Shown: positions 34,201 through 48,245 of the stretch, piece after piece
Layout: each line of letters begins with the position of its first letter
How positions within the stretch are numbered: position 1 is the stretch's first letter
NCBI RefSeq assembly: GCF_000143415.4
Contig: NW_003314302.1
Location: forward strand, 578,258-642,257
Reading direction: 5' to 3'
Origin: Selaginella moellendorffii
Lineage: Eukaryota; Plantae; Lycopodiophyta
DNA length: 64,000 nt
Position numbers and translations under genes: made by a program
Notes under the pieces: model-generated
The model's database searches: none
Told to the model about the DNA's origin: nothing
What the model saw: the letters and a program-made list of their open reading frames with translations, nothing else

Positions 34201-37200
34201 CCTTAGTTCCCCTTCTGGAACATACACCCTCGTTTGCTTGTAATAAATGAGTCCGTTGCGTTCCGCATAGCCCGTTTTCTCTTCCGTTGGCAGCTCACCT
34301 CTCTGGTGAGCTTCCCGCGCCTCTAGATTCCTCAGCAACACTTCTTGTGCTAGACCATCATTCTCATATGCTGTCCGCACATCGTCCCAGAAGGTTGCTG
34401 TTGCGCTGGATATTGCCAACTTCAAGCTCGCTTTTCGACTTAGAGCATCCGCCACGATGTTGCTCTTCCCAGGCTTGTACAGAATTTCGCAATCAAACTC
34501 GGCCAAGGCATTGGCCCACCGACCTTGTTTCCCTCTTAGGTCGGGCTGTGACAAGAAGTGTTTCGTCGCCACATTGTCCGTGTAAACCTTGAAGTGTCTC
34601 CCAAGGTAGTGTCGCCACTCCTTGAGTGCCTTGACCACCGCAAACAATTCCTTCTCATGGGCAGGCCACTTCCGTTGAGCCTTGTCCAGCTTCTTCGAGA
34701 AGAACGCTACCGGATGGTTGTCTTGCTTCAGAACTGCGCCCAACGCAAAGTCCGAAGCATCCGTTTCTACCTCAAAGTCCTTACCAAAGTCTGGCAATGC
34801 CAATACGGGAGCCTTCCTCAACTTCCCTTTGAGGTGGACGAATGCCGCCTCGCATTCTGCTGTCCATACCATCTTCCCTTTTCCTGTTTGGTCCGTTAAG
34901 GGCAGGGCTACTCTCGAATAGTGTCTGATAAACTTTCGATAGTAGTTGCATAGCCCCAGGAACGCCCTCAACTCATGTACATTCGATGGTCGCTCCCATT
35001 CCTGGATCGCTTGGACCTTCTCCGGGTCCACTTTGAGCCCGTCCTGGCCCACCACATGCCCGAGAAACTTTACCTCTTGTTGAGCAAAGTCACATTTGCT
35101 CTCTTTAGCATACAGCTTGTGTTCCCTTAGTTTCTCAAACACCTTCGCCAAGTGTTCGGCATGCTCTTCTAGCGTCTCGCTATAGATCAGGATGTCGTCG
35201 ATATAGACGACCACGAAGTGATCCAGATAGGGTACAAAGACGTGGTTCATTAGCGCCGAAAACGTTGCCGGCGCATTACATAGCCCGAAGGGCATCACCA
35301 GAAACTCAAAGCTCCCATACCTCGTTCGACAGGTTGTCTTCTCGACATCTTCCTCGGCTACCCTGATCTGGTAGTATCCTGACCTTAGGTCAATCCTCGA
35401 GAAGTATTTTGCCTTTCCCAACCTATCGAACAGGTCCTCAATCCTTGGCAAAGGGTACTTGTTCTTCTTTGTATACTTGTTGAGCAAGCGGTAGTCTATG
35501 CACATGCGCATAGATCCATCTTTCTTTTTCACAAATAACACCGGCGCCCCATACGGCGACTTGCTCAACCTAACATACCCTTTGTCCACCAACTCCTCTA
35601 GTTGGCACTTGAGCTCCTTGAGTTCTTTTTCGTTCAAACGATAAGGGGGACGAACCACTGCCTCAGCACCCTCGACCAGCTCAATTTTATGTTCTATTGG
35701 TCGTGCTGGGGGCAGCCCCGCCGGTAGCTCCTCCGGCATGGTATCCTGGAATTGGTCCAACACCCGCTGGATCACTAAAGGCACTTCTTCCGTTCTTGTC
35801 TTTTTGTCACTCTTCACCGAGAGTAAGCACAAAAAGGCTGCCTTAGTTCCTTTAGTGAGTTGTCCTCTCGTGGACACCAGGTTTAAGCAGGATTCTTTGG
35901 CCTTGCTTTGCCCTACCTTTAGATCCTGGGCTTCCACCCTAGATCTTCTTCCTTGGGCATTCGCCAGTACCACAAGGTTCCTACCTTGTCCATGTAGGGC
36001 TACCACAAACCGATTGAACCAATCCATTCCGAAGATCACGTCAAATCCCGCCATGTCCAACACGGTGAAATCCATGTCTACCTTCCATGTCCCTACTTCG
36101 ACTTTCGCTTGTCGAAGTACCTCATCGGTGCTTTGGCTACCTTGAACAAACTCTATAGTCCTTGGTTCGCCTAGCCGCTGCACCGTTAGTCCGGCTTGCC
36201 GGACTATGTCTGCAGCCACAAAATTATCCGAAGCACCCGTGTCAATAAGGATCTTAACAAAGCTACCTCCGAGCTTCCCTCGGAGGGCTAGTAGATGTCG
36301 CGAACGACTCTCTACCAAAGTTGCTCGTGTAATGAGTAACTTTGAGTTAGGGACTGGATCACATACCTCATTTTGGACTTCACCCGACTTGATGGCCATA
36401 TTGGCTCTGGCCTTCTTCGGGTAGGGACATTCCCTCGAAAAGTGTCCCGCTTCACCGCAGTTATAGCATACGTTGTTTCCCACGCTGCTATATGACTTGA
36501 CCTTCTTATCCGTGGGTTTGTCTCTTTTCGCTTGACTCCCCCACGTACTTGCTCGCTGGCCACCGGATTTGCCTTTCCGAAATCCCGAGGACTCATTCTT
36601 AGAGAAACTCTTCTTGAATTTCCCCCTGCTATATGTTCCCCTCGGTTTGGCCCCTTTGTGAAACGTGGATCCCGACCCCGTCGTGTTCCCCTTTCGCAGG
36701 TTATCGTTGAAATGCACCTTGATGGCCGCATCCAACGCTTCCTTGTAGTTGGTCGGGTTCCAGCGCATCACCTCACCGCGAGCCCAGGTTTGCAAACCTG
36801 ATATAAAGGCATGGAACGCATCCATATCCCCCATGTCCGTGACAAGTATCCTCTTTGCCATGAACCCATTCACATATTCCTGGATGGTTCCAGTCTGCTT
36901 CAGCCTACTCAGCTCATCTCTCAGATGCAGAGTGGCATTCGGAGGAACGTATGTCGCGCGGATCCTCGCCTTCATCATGTCCCAGGTGGCCACCGGTCCT
37001 TCGTTGGCCTCCGTTGTTCTCCACCAAGACTTGGCATTATCTGCCAAGTATGGTTTTGCACATGGGACCTTCTCCGAGCTCGGTAACCGTAACGCTCGGA
37101 AGTAGTCCTCCATATCGTAAAACCAATCCTCCACAACCTTATAGTCGTTCACTCCCTTGAACACCGGTGGGGGCTTTGGTTTGTACTTGGGAACTGCCTG

Positions 37201-38772
37201 AGGGACTGATTCCACTTCGGTCTGTTCGACCTTGTCTGGTTTTGCCTCAGTCCCTGCCGAAGGGTCCGCACCTTCTGCGCTGCCAGCATCCGCAGTCTTT
37301 CGCCTTTTCTTCCGTTTCTCGTCACGCTTTAGCTTGCGTACGAGAGTCTCCAGCAGGGCATTGGTCTGCGCCAATTGACCTTCTAGAACGTCCAATCGAG
37401 CCTTGGACGACCGAACCTCGCCACCGGACTCCTGTTTGGAAGTTTCCTCACTAGAGTCCTCCTCATGCAAGGATTCCTCATCCATAGCCTCTTGTTCGAC
37501 CGGAGGCTCCAGCTCTGGCGGAGGTTCTGTCTCCGCCTGGGTTCGCTTACGCCCTGCCCTTGCCATCTCCCAGCAATCCGCCTCTATCCTTCGCTAGAAC
37601 TGAGGAGAAGGCTCCGATACCAAATTGTAAGCCACAAATTTTTCCTTTCCAATTTGCCAGCTTACCTCGCCTATCCGACCAACTCTGCCTTGGCTTGTGC
37701 TAAGTTCCCTCGCCAAGGTTCTCGCCTATGGTGCCAGCTCCTACTTGGTTTCAACTACTTACTGCACGAGCAACGGAGTGTTAGCCATCCATCTACGGAT
37801 TCCCAAATCTCTCCCAATCCCCCTCCCCGGGTTAGACTGGACTTAAGGTTCGGCTACACTCCCCGTAGGCACAAGCAGCCAAGCACACCAAGCCTCCAGA
37901 TTCCTAACACCCCAAGGTATCACAAGGCTTGATCATGGGACCCTCTAAATCCCAAGCCTTGGGTGCAGCACTTGCTTCGGGACGTCGGGGCGAAACACCG
38001 TGGCCTAACGGCCCGGTATGGGTACCTCTACCCCCCCTCTTCCATCCCGAAGGAAAGGCCCAAGCCCCCGGAAGGGCGAGGACCAATGAGCCACAAGGTA
38101 CTCAAGTGGGGCACCACTCCACCTGAGCCGGGAGCACCGCAATCGGTTTCCCTTTCGGGAGTGGGAGCTGCTCTTGAGCACTTCCTTGGATGGCCCCTCC
38201 GGCACCAGCCAAGTCCATGCTCACTCCCACCCAAGGCCCCTCGGTCCCAGTCCCAACCTCAAGTCGGTTTGGAAGCCCAACTGGAGAGTCCCTTCTAAAC
38301 TGGTTCCTGGACCTCACTATCCCTACTATACTTTTGGAACCCCCTGCAGCCCCCCCCCCCTGGGAGACGCACGCTTTGGGCTTTCACCCCTTGACCCGTA
38401 TTAGTATTTGGACTTAGCCTCTGGCTCGATCTCGGACCCGATTTCGGATCCGACTTCGGATTCGGGTTCGGACTCGATCACGGACTTGATCTCGGACCCG
38501 ATCTCGGACCCGACCTCGGACTCGACCTCGGACTCGGTCTCGGACCCGATTTCGGATCCGGACTCCGTCTCGAACTCGGTCTCGAACTCGGACTCGAACT
38601 CGGTCCCCGAGTCGGTCTCGGATTCGATTCCGGACTCTATCTCGAACTCGGTCCTAGAGTCGGTCTTGGACTCGATCCTCGACTTGGTCCCATCCGATGA
38701 ACTCTTTGTCACTTCGGTCAAGTTTTTGGGGATCCTTTAGCCTACGACATCTCGGGGAGTCGGTTCCTTACA
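31244..38772 (-). mobile_element. Element D: very young, apparently intact chromovirus with two introns in integrase
   Basis: 1147-bp LTRs 31244-32390 and 37626-38772 in which I see only three substitutions; TSD GACAC; PBS TGGTATCGGAGC (tRNA-iMet type); purine-rich GGGTGGTGGAGT before the 3' LTR. Confidence 0.95.
32794..37566 (-). CDS. Gag-Pol polyprotein of element D; predicted spliced exons 37566-33693, 33645-33228, 33175-32794 (1557 aa)
   Basis: A 1295-aa ORF (Gag, CCHC, DTG protease, YIDD RT, RNaseH, IN N-part). Removing GT-AG segments 33646-33692 and 33176-33227 restores [12 protein letters not shown] and KLTQRFAGPY and the chromodomain with no stop. Confidence 0.85.
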
Positions 38773-39099
38773 GACACCAAACACCACTTCCTAGTGTTTT
38801 AGAGTGTTTGGGTGTCCCAATGATGGCCTTTCTTGGCAATGAGCATTCCTTTTATGACATTGGCTTACTATATTGCAACATGAGCAATTTATCCCTTATA
38901 AAGGTATGTTTAACTTTCTTATCTCAATAAAAAGTCTTAAGTAATTATCTTCTACTAATTTAATCAATTATTTTGCACCTTTTTGCGTAGTTGCGTTATA
39001 GTTGTCAAGTCCTACAACTTATTGCTAATGCTTCCACACCTCCAACATTATTTTAGGTCACCACACTCTAACTGCATGCCTTCCAACTTAGGCTATGCC

Positions 39100-42000
39100 T
39101 GTAGCGCACGTGGTTTTGACCCTTTATCCTATGGTGATTTACCATAGGATAACACCATGAAGCGGTACCTAAACCCTCTTTGTGCCACATGATAGATGCC
39201 ATGTGTCACATGCCACGTGTCCAAAGGAACATGATGTTCAGGGCCTTGGGCCTCTAAACGAAGGAACGGTGCCAAACTCCTAAGCGTGAAGCCAAGGAGT
39301 GATGGAACCGGACTATGGAGCAACTCCCGAGCTTATAGCCCAAGGAGTGAAGGGACAGGGGCACGGAGCGACTTGGAACAGTCCTAGAGTATCCAGCATC
39401 CCAATGCCAGGACCAGCACGCAAAACGAAGCCAAACGAAGTCTGGTGTTATTTCAATATACCGGTGGCCTAACGTGAGGATATGGGTACTCCACTAGCTA
39501 GCATGGAATGGAACTTGGGCTTAGACCCAAGCCGGACACAGAACAAGGACAGACATGCAAGCGGGAGCTAGACTATGCCTCAGGTTGGTCGCCCATGCCC
39601 GACCTACCCACTATCCCTATTATACATTTGGAAGCCCCCATAGCCCCCCCCCCTGAGGAACACACGCTTTGGGCTTTCACCCCAAGCCTCCCTTAGTATC
39701 AAGAGTTAGTCTCTAGGACAAGTTTGAAACTTACTAAATATGGAATGTCCCTAGATTGTGAATTTGGATACGGGACGAACACCATTGTGTTCAGGCTGAT
39801 CTCTACATTCCGTAGATATGCCAAATGAGCAAATCTGGACACTTTCCATAAATAGCATTTGGGACCGAAATGAGACTAACACAAAGGGCATGATAGCGAG
39901 GGTGTTTGGTAGACACGGTAAGCTATCATGTAGCGATATTGAGGGACCAATCTCAATACGCGAGGGTTTTTGTCAAGCCAGTGCAAGACAGAGCAAAAGA
40001 GAACTAACAAGCCGGGCCGAGTATGCTCAGCTAAATAGACACTTAGGAATTCCTTCCTTATGCTCATCCGGCCAAGTACAAATGCTAAGCCTAATTTACT
40101 AAGAGGGACTAATAAAGGGAACCAGCAATACCGACCTCCTGCCATCGTGGCAGTAAGGTAAGAGTGTCCGTAAGGATTGGCCCATAGGTAACTTTCGATA
40201 CCCAAAGTCACATTTGCGACACTCCCCCCCCCCTTGGGAAGATCGACGTCCTCGTTGATGCATACTCGAGTCTAGAATACCGCCAAGGAAACAAGTCCAG
40301 AAAAAGTTCACGGTATTCACACTATGTAAGAAATGCACCAACTTAAATGAGTTAGGGGGCAACTTCTTTGTCTAACATGGATGCGCTACCAACTCAGACA
40401 CCTTCCGGCCGTCGCCGACAAGGAAATGACCAACGGAGTCAGCCACCCTTGCTGCTCTAGGAGTCACCCAGCTTACAAAAGTGTGATACACCCCTGCCCG
40501 CAAGGATATAGAGAGAGAAGGTAGAGGCCCCAACCCTCCTGAGCAAGAAACCAAACCCGTCGGTAAGGTTTAGATAGACTACTGTAAACAGATAGTTAGA
40601 GTTGTTTACACGGTCACGCCCTTTCAACGGAATACGGAACATCGACAGAGAGGCGGGTTATGTGACCAGTTGACAGTAGCTACCCCATGACTAGAGATTT
40701 CAACATGCACAAGAAGTGCCGAAGCCAGTCTGCCTATACTGGCCCAAACTCAAAGATCAATAAATGGACAATATCAAAGTCATAAACAATGATATCTTAG
40801 AAACTTAATTATCAGTGAATATACCTTAGATTAGAACACAAAATTATTCTAAGTTATCATCCGTTAAACCAATATTATACGATAGGAACCACCAAGATCA
40901 CTATAGTTTGGAAATATAGGATTGACCATCCAACAAAATTCAATAGCAAGTATATCATCAAGGAAACTCGATAATGAAACTTAATTACCGAAGATTGTAG
41001 ATAGTATGCTAAACAATTTACCAAAGATAACTCAAAGAACACAAGGTATCCTTAACCGACAAGCACAATGCTCGCGAATATATCACCCAAAGGAAATAAC
41101 ATCCTAATCTATCAGGACTAACTTGAGCAACAATCAACAAAACAAAATGAATGTGGTAAGACCAACAAACACTTAGTCATGCTAACCATCGCACAAGTCA
41201 ATCTGAATAGATCCCGGTCAACAATACCAAGGAACTTAAGTTGCCTAAGCAAGTGTCAAGAACATCCTATCAATGTCTCAAACCCAAGAGACCATTGTAG
41301 AGCAAACCACAAAGAACATGTGGTATTGCAAGAAGCCATTAGCCATCAAAGAGAACAACTAATCATCATGAAAGATCATCAATCATCCCATCAATAAAGA
41401 GATGCAAAATCATTGTCTAAGAAGGAATCCACCATCCCGAAGAATAACAAATCATTCTAGGTCAACGATAATCAAGCAAAACCTTTGACAAGAATAATCA
41501 ATTATCCTATAGATGATAGTTAATCATCACCAATGATTGCTAGATGCAAATACTAATTTCAACATCGAAGCTAGGAGTCAAAAATGCTTTCCCCAACAAC
41601 TTCTAACAAATGGAATAATGAGCATAAAACTCAAAGAACCAAAAGCTCAAAGAAGCCTATAGCTAAGTCTTGCCTACTAATGATCACGAGTCTCATAAAA
41701 GCTAACTTCAATGCTAAAGAAGAAATCATGGTGCAACCCACAATATTTTCCTCAACACATCCATAAGCCAAACTTTATAATGCCAAAGCTCATGAAGAGT
41801 ATATTTACGTCAATCCAAAAGCTAAACATCATGGAGCTATGCGATCATTAAACGATCTTCCATGAATCCATCTATAGCAAGATGTAACTCACTTCATAAC
41901 AAGCACAAGAAAAATCATCAATGATCGATATATCACAACTGAAATCCAACAAGGATTCAATCATTTCAATATCAATCACTAACTCCTCCTCTTACAAAGT

Positions 42001-45000
42001 TAGTATAGTCCAGGACTAAATCATGTTTCAAGGAAAAGCTAAAGCTTATCCCCTACTAAATAATCTCATCAAGAACACAACTAACTCAACTTGCCACTCA
42101 GTTCATTTGAACGTTAACACAGTTGCTAACTAGCCAATACATGAATGTTAACAATACAAAGCTACAGCCAAATCATCAACACTATCTTCATCAAGACTAA
42201 TGAAACTCAATATCAATCTTACAGAGAGATATCTCATTTCACTCAAATCTCAACATCAATAATGTCCATGACAAGGCATCACTTCAATGCCATCAACACC
42301 AGAATACAGCTAAAAGAAAGCAAGAGTGAATCACCACCTAAAACTCTTTAGCAACCAAGCTAACCAAAGTCGAAGATACTTAGTTAGTATCTGAGACCAA
42401 TCTTCCAACAAAACTCAATTATAGATAACACTTCATCAAAGAGTGATTCACCAAGTCCAAGACTCAATGAAATCCAACACTACGGTCTAGATGTAACCAA
42501 ATGATATCGACAAAGGTAGAGTCAACATGTCAACATGGAAAAACCATGTAAGTCTAACGACACGATCCTCCGCAACATCATCCGGTAAAGCAAGCCCATC
42601 ACTGCTAAATCATCATCGAACAAAGCAAGGGTTAATAGTCCTCGACTAAGTCTACAAGTAATCACTAGTTGTAAAGCAACTAACAATCACTTCTCAACTT
42701 GCCTTCACAAGACCCAAACACCAACTCTTTTCATCAAGTTATATATTTGTCCAACATGAACGTGATACCCCAAGTACGAGATAAAAATTCATAGACAAGC
42801 ATAAACTAAATGACCACTCAAATCCAACTCAACCGTAATAAGTTCACTAATGCATTTAGCCAATAGCTCTGAGCATGCCTTGAAGAGGCTAGCTATGCAT
42901 AATCAACACTTAGTCGAAACTAAAGTGAAGACCACGAGATGGACTCATATTGGTACACAACCTCCTCATAGACATAGCTATAGTACGAGTACCAACATCT
43001 CAACCTCAAACAACTAAGTTGGACATCACCATCTTCAGCCAAGGCACAGGGCCACCAAGACTAAGTCAAGATTAGTGAGAGCTCACTACTCTCATAAAGT
43101 CTAATGTAATGCAAAGCACAACCTGCCACCAAGCACAACGCTACAAAAGAAAGGTACAAGGGTCACCTTTCTGAGAAAAGTGCACAGCCATTTTTCTACA
43201 CCAACTCCAGACTCTATCCAACTCAATTGCCTTAGCCCCAAAAGTCAGCATCCTTTTTGGATCGCATTATACAAACTACTTACCAAGGTCTAAGCTAACC
43301 GAAGTCAACTCCAACCCCTTCACTAGTTTGTATTGGCTTACGAAAACAAAATTTTTTTCGGCAAAGTGATCAACAGATCAGCCATTGGAGAAGTCTAAGA
43401 AAATTTGTGGAAAATTTCCATCCTAGAAAAAGAATGACTCTCAGTCCAGGATTGCAAACTTTCAAGACTTAACCAACTTCCTCCTACTAACAAGTTCATA
43501 TAGGTTCACTTCAACGCAAATTCTCATAACCCATAATATGCTTAAGCATTGAACTTCTTTGCCCATTTTTCCGATATCTAACACTGACATCCGCAAATGC
43601 AAAGTGAACATCCAAGGCTTGATCACAAAGACCATATTTCCAGATATCCAAATTGCACTAACACTCTTCTTCAACCACCTTCAAGATCCAATGTGAAGCT
43701 TAATACACTAACAAGAAAAATGACATGGAAAATCAAGATCTAAGGAAAATTCCTCATCACTCGAATCAACAATGCCACTCCCACTAACATAAGTGCTAGC
43801 AATGTCAATGCCTCAACTACACACCTTCTCCATCCAACAATCTACTCCAAGTGCTAACGGATCAACTGATGAGTTATAGCAAATGAATGCTACAACCCTT
43901 TTTCCAACACCTTATGGGCAAACTCTCAAGAACAAGGAACCAACTTAAGCTTAGCATAATGGACCACTATCGAGAATCCAGTCAAGGCTACTACAATGCT
44001 ACTATATGTAAGTAGACTAGCTTCACCATCAACCACCTTGGGGTTGATCATCATTTAACCAAGCAACTTCATAAACATATTACTCATTATCACATGGATA
44101 TGATATAAGCATCACAATGACTTGATCATCAATTGAGCAACACCATAAGCAATGCCTATATCATTACTTCAAAAGTTTATGTGAGTATGAAGTGTCAACT
44201 CAATTCGACAAAATGCAACATAAATGCCACACTCCACCGATAGAGATTTACAACATCGAACACCACTAACTTTTGTTCACAACACAATCAAGCTCATGCC
44301 ACTCTCTTTTTGACCAAACTCAAAACTAATCCAACACCAAGCTACTCAAGGAGCAATAGCAAGGTTCTCCGGAAAAGAATTGAGCATTGCAACCCAAGTT
44401 TCCAATAGCAAGCCTAGACAAAATGGTATAGCACTTCACCGCTATCCATCCCACAACTCACCATTGTAAGACCACTATCTCCAACATGCATCAAGGTAGG
44501 GACTCTTGATTGCATAATGTGAACACGAGCAAAGAGTTAACACCTCGTTGCAAATCATCACTCAAAAAGAGAAAATGATTTACATGTTTGATCCTTCATC
44601 CCCGATGACTCTCTTTTTGGCCTTATCTTTGACTAAACCTCAAGCTTGCGTTCGCATTGCCTTCAGTTCAATCCAAGAAAAGTTTATGAGAGAGCACGGC
44701 AATGATTACTTGAACCAATAGACTAATCCCTACAGTCTTGATTGATCCACTCATAATCATGCCTAGGAAGGATCCACTAGTGCTGTGCTAAATAGCTACG
44801 GACTAGCTTATTTGCCACTAATAGCAAACCCAGGGAAGGTTTACTTTCAGCCATGGTACATGGAACAACTCATAGAACCACCATTAGGCTAACATTAATC
44901 CTGCCAACTCAAAGTGTAACCTCGAGTTGCTAATGTGCCTCACTTACGAGCCCAAGTGCAAACTCGTGTAATATGGAACAAAAAGGTAACCAAAACCTAT

Positions 45001-46256
45001 CCCAAGGAACCAATGCAAAGTCTTTGCACCAAAACGTGTACCCACTCGAATCATCGTTTTCATCTCTGCGTATGCAACGAGACTAGTTGCCCAATCTCAT
45101 TGGATAGTTCTCGCCAAGACTCATTCTCTGATACTAAATGTAGCGCACGTGGTTTTGACCCTTTATCCTATGGTGATTTACCATAGGATAACACCACGAA
45201 GCGGTACCTAAACCCTCTTTGTGCCACGTGATAGATGCCACGTGTCACATGCCACGTGTCCAAAGGAACGTGGTGTGGAACCTGAGGTTCAAGGCCTTGG
45301 GCCTCTGAACGAAGGAATGGTGCCAAACTCCCAAGCGTGAAGCCAAGGAGTGATAGAATCGGACTACGGAGCAACTCCCGAGCTTATAGCCCAAGGAGCG
45401 AAGGGACAAGTGCATGGAGCAACTTGGAATAGTCCTAGAGTATCCAGCATCCCAATGCCAGGACCAACATGCAAAACGGAGCCAAACGAAGTCTGGCGCT
45501 ATTTCAGCATACCAGTGGCCTAATGTGAGGATATGGGTACTCCACCAGCTAGCATGGAATGGAACTTGGGCTTAGAACCAAGCCTGACGCAGAACAAGGA
45601 CAGGCATGCAAGCGAGAGCTAGACTTTGCCTCAGGTTGGTCAGCCATGCCCGACCTACCCACTATCCTCCCCCCCCTTGAGGAACACACGCTTTGGGCTT
45701 TCACCCCAAGCCTCCCTTAGTATCAAGAGTTAGTCTCTGGGACAAGTTTGAAACTTACTAAATATGGAATGTCCCTAGATTGTGAATTTGGACACGGGAC
45801 GAACACCATTGTGTTCAGGCTGATCTCTACATTCCGTAGATATGCCAAATGAGCAAATCTGGACACTTTCCATAAATAGCATTTGGGACCGAAATGAGAC
45901 TAACACAAAAGACATGATAGCGAGGGTGTTTGGCAAACACAATAAGCTATCATGTAGTGATATTAAGGGACCAATCTCAATACGCAAGGGTTCTTGTGAA
46001 GCTAGTGCAAGACAGAGCAAAAGAGAACTAACAAGCCGGGCCGAGTATGCTTAGCTAAATAGACACTTAGGAATTCCTTCCTTATGCTCATCCGGCCAAG
46101 TACAGATGCTAAGCCCAGTTTACTAACACTTGAACAAGAGGGACTAATAAAGGGAACCAGCAATACCGACCTCCTACCATCGTGGCAGTAAGGTAAGAGT
46201 GTCTGTAAGGATTGGCCGATAGATAACTTTCGATACCCGAAGTCACATTCGCAACA
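39100..46256 (-). mobile_element. Element E: non-autonomous LARD-like LTR element related to C
   Basis: LTRs 39100-40221 and 45139-46256, TSD ATGCC, G-rich PPT, decayed PBS TAGTATCAGAG. LTR and 3' UTR are homologous to C; the 4.9-kb interior has no gag/pol ORF. Confidence 0.88.
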
Positions 46257-46499
46257 ATGCCATTCCCATTTCTATTAGGATTCATTTCGGATGGGGCTCT
46301 CATGAACCTGCCAACTTGACTTCAAGGCATCATGCTTTGGCACATTCAGTGTCTTCACACCATTAGCTCCACGAGCCTACCTTTATGACACTTCTTACTT
46401 GTGTCAAGGTCTTTGCCAAGACCAATACAATCATTTCTCATGCCAACTATCTATTAGCACTGCACCATAGAGTTTACACATAATTTTGTGTCAAAGTTG

Positions 46500-48245
46500 T
46501 GTGAGACACAAAATCCCTAGGCCCCAAAGTGGAGCCGGGAAGGGTGCCACGTGGTAGTGGCCGAAGCGAAAGCCAAACGAGCATAACATATTTGGACTAA
46601 AAGCTCCGACTTAAAAGGTCGAGAGCGGGAGTGGAACTCCCAATAAAGTGCTTGAGGAGCAAGCACGAGGCAACCAATAAACAAGGCTCCAAAAAGAGAC
46701 CCAAAAAGGACCAACACATGACACGTGGAAGAGTCTGAGATGGAGTTCGAGATGGAGTCCGAGATGGACGGAGACGGAGTCCGAGATGGACCCGAGTTGG
46801 AGTCCGAGATGGACCGAGATGGAGTCCGAGATGGACCGAGATGGAGTCCGAGATGGACCCGAGGTGGAGTCTGAGGTGGAGTCCGAGGTGGAGTCCGAGA
46901 TGGAGTCCGAGACGGAGTCCGAGATGGAGTCCGAGGTGGAGTCCAAGATGGAGTCCGAGGAGGAGTCCAAGATGGAGTTCGAGATGGAGTCTGAGATGGA
47001 ATCCAAGATGGACCGAGACGGAGTCCGAGATGGAGTCTGAGATGGACCGAGACAGAGTCCGAGATGGAATCCGAGAAGGACCCGAGATGGAGTCCGAGGT
47101 CAAGACTGAGACCAGGACTGAGACTGGGACCGAGACCGAGATCGAGACCGAGGCAAAGGCCGAGACCTAGCCTGAGTTCGAGTCCGAATACTAATACAGG
47201 TAGTTGGGTGAAAGCCCAAAGCGATCGTCCCCCAGGGGGGGGCTGTGGGGGCTGCGGGGTGTTCCAAAAGTATAGTAGGGAGAGTGTGGGGGTTGGAGCC
47301 CAATGGAGCCAGTTTGGCCAGGAAAGGCCAGTTTGGCCCAGGAAAGGCCAGTTTGGCCTAGGAAAGGCCAATTTGGCCCAGGAAGGCCATGCCCAGTGTT
47401 GGGTGATGAATTGACCACTAGGAAGTCCAAGACTAGAGTGAATACCTACCGACAAGCGAGGTAGCTTGGTGAAGTGTTCAAGAGCCGGCTTTAGTTCCCC
47501 CGGGAGATCAACTGGCCGATGCTCCCAGTCCAAATGTGGGTGGCACTACCTACTTGGATACCTGGCGTGGCTCAACGGAACCTCGCTCTAAGCCCATGGC
47601 TAGAGCACCCAAGGGCAAAAGGCAGGGAGAGTACCCAGGTGGCTCGCGTAAGGCCACGGTGTTCCGAAATGTTGCCCCAAAGTCCCAGACTGTGGGAAGG
47701 AAGAGGAGCAGACCTCTAGCATAGTGACTAAGGACATAGTCACATGGTGAGGAAGTCCCAGAGGACCATGGGACCTAGTGGTCGGGCCTGCGGGCCTTGA
47801 TCTAGTGGCAGTGTCGGCAAACATGGCCATGGACAGAAAAGGGACTTGGTAGGAATTGACAAAGGGATATTGGGGAAGGCTATTCCCCATGTCTGTGGGC
47901 ATCCTAAGGATGCTAAGGAGTGAATCTGGGTTGACCACTCGTGGACAAATGGCCCAGTCTTGGAGAGACAGGATTGTGATGCAAGTGGTATTGGACTACT
48001 AGTGCGGCAAAGGTGAATGGGCATGGCCTTAGCGTAACAGGCTGATATGTCAGTGGTACCTTTGGGTGTCGGTCTTGGGACCGGACACGTGGAGCACTTG
48101 GACTAAGTGCAAGTGATGACCATCCTCGGGGCTAGCAAGTCCCAAGTCTTGAATTGGACTTAAGGAGGTTGTGAATGAGACTCCTCCAAGTGGTCAAAGG
48201 TGTGGTTAAGTGACTAAAGTAGAATGGAAAATTTAGTCGCTTACA
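46500..48245 (+). mobile_element. Solo LTR of the B family, inverted relative to B
   Basis: TGTGAGAC...GCTTACA flanked by perfect TSD AGTTG; reverse complement of the 49131-50647 LTR type. Confidence 0.9.
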
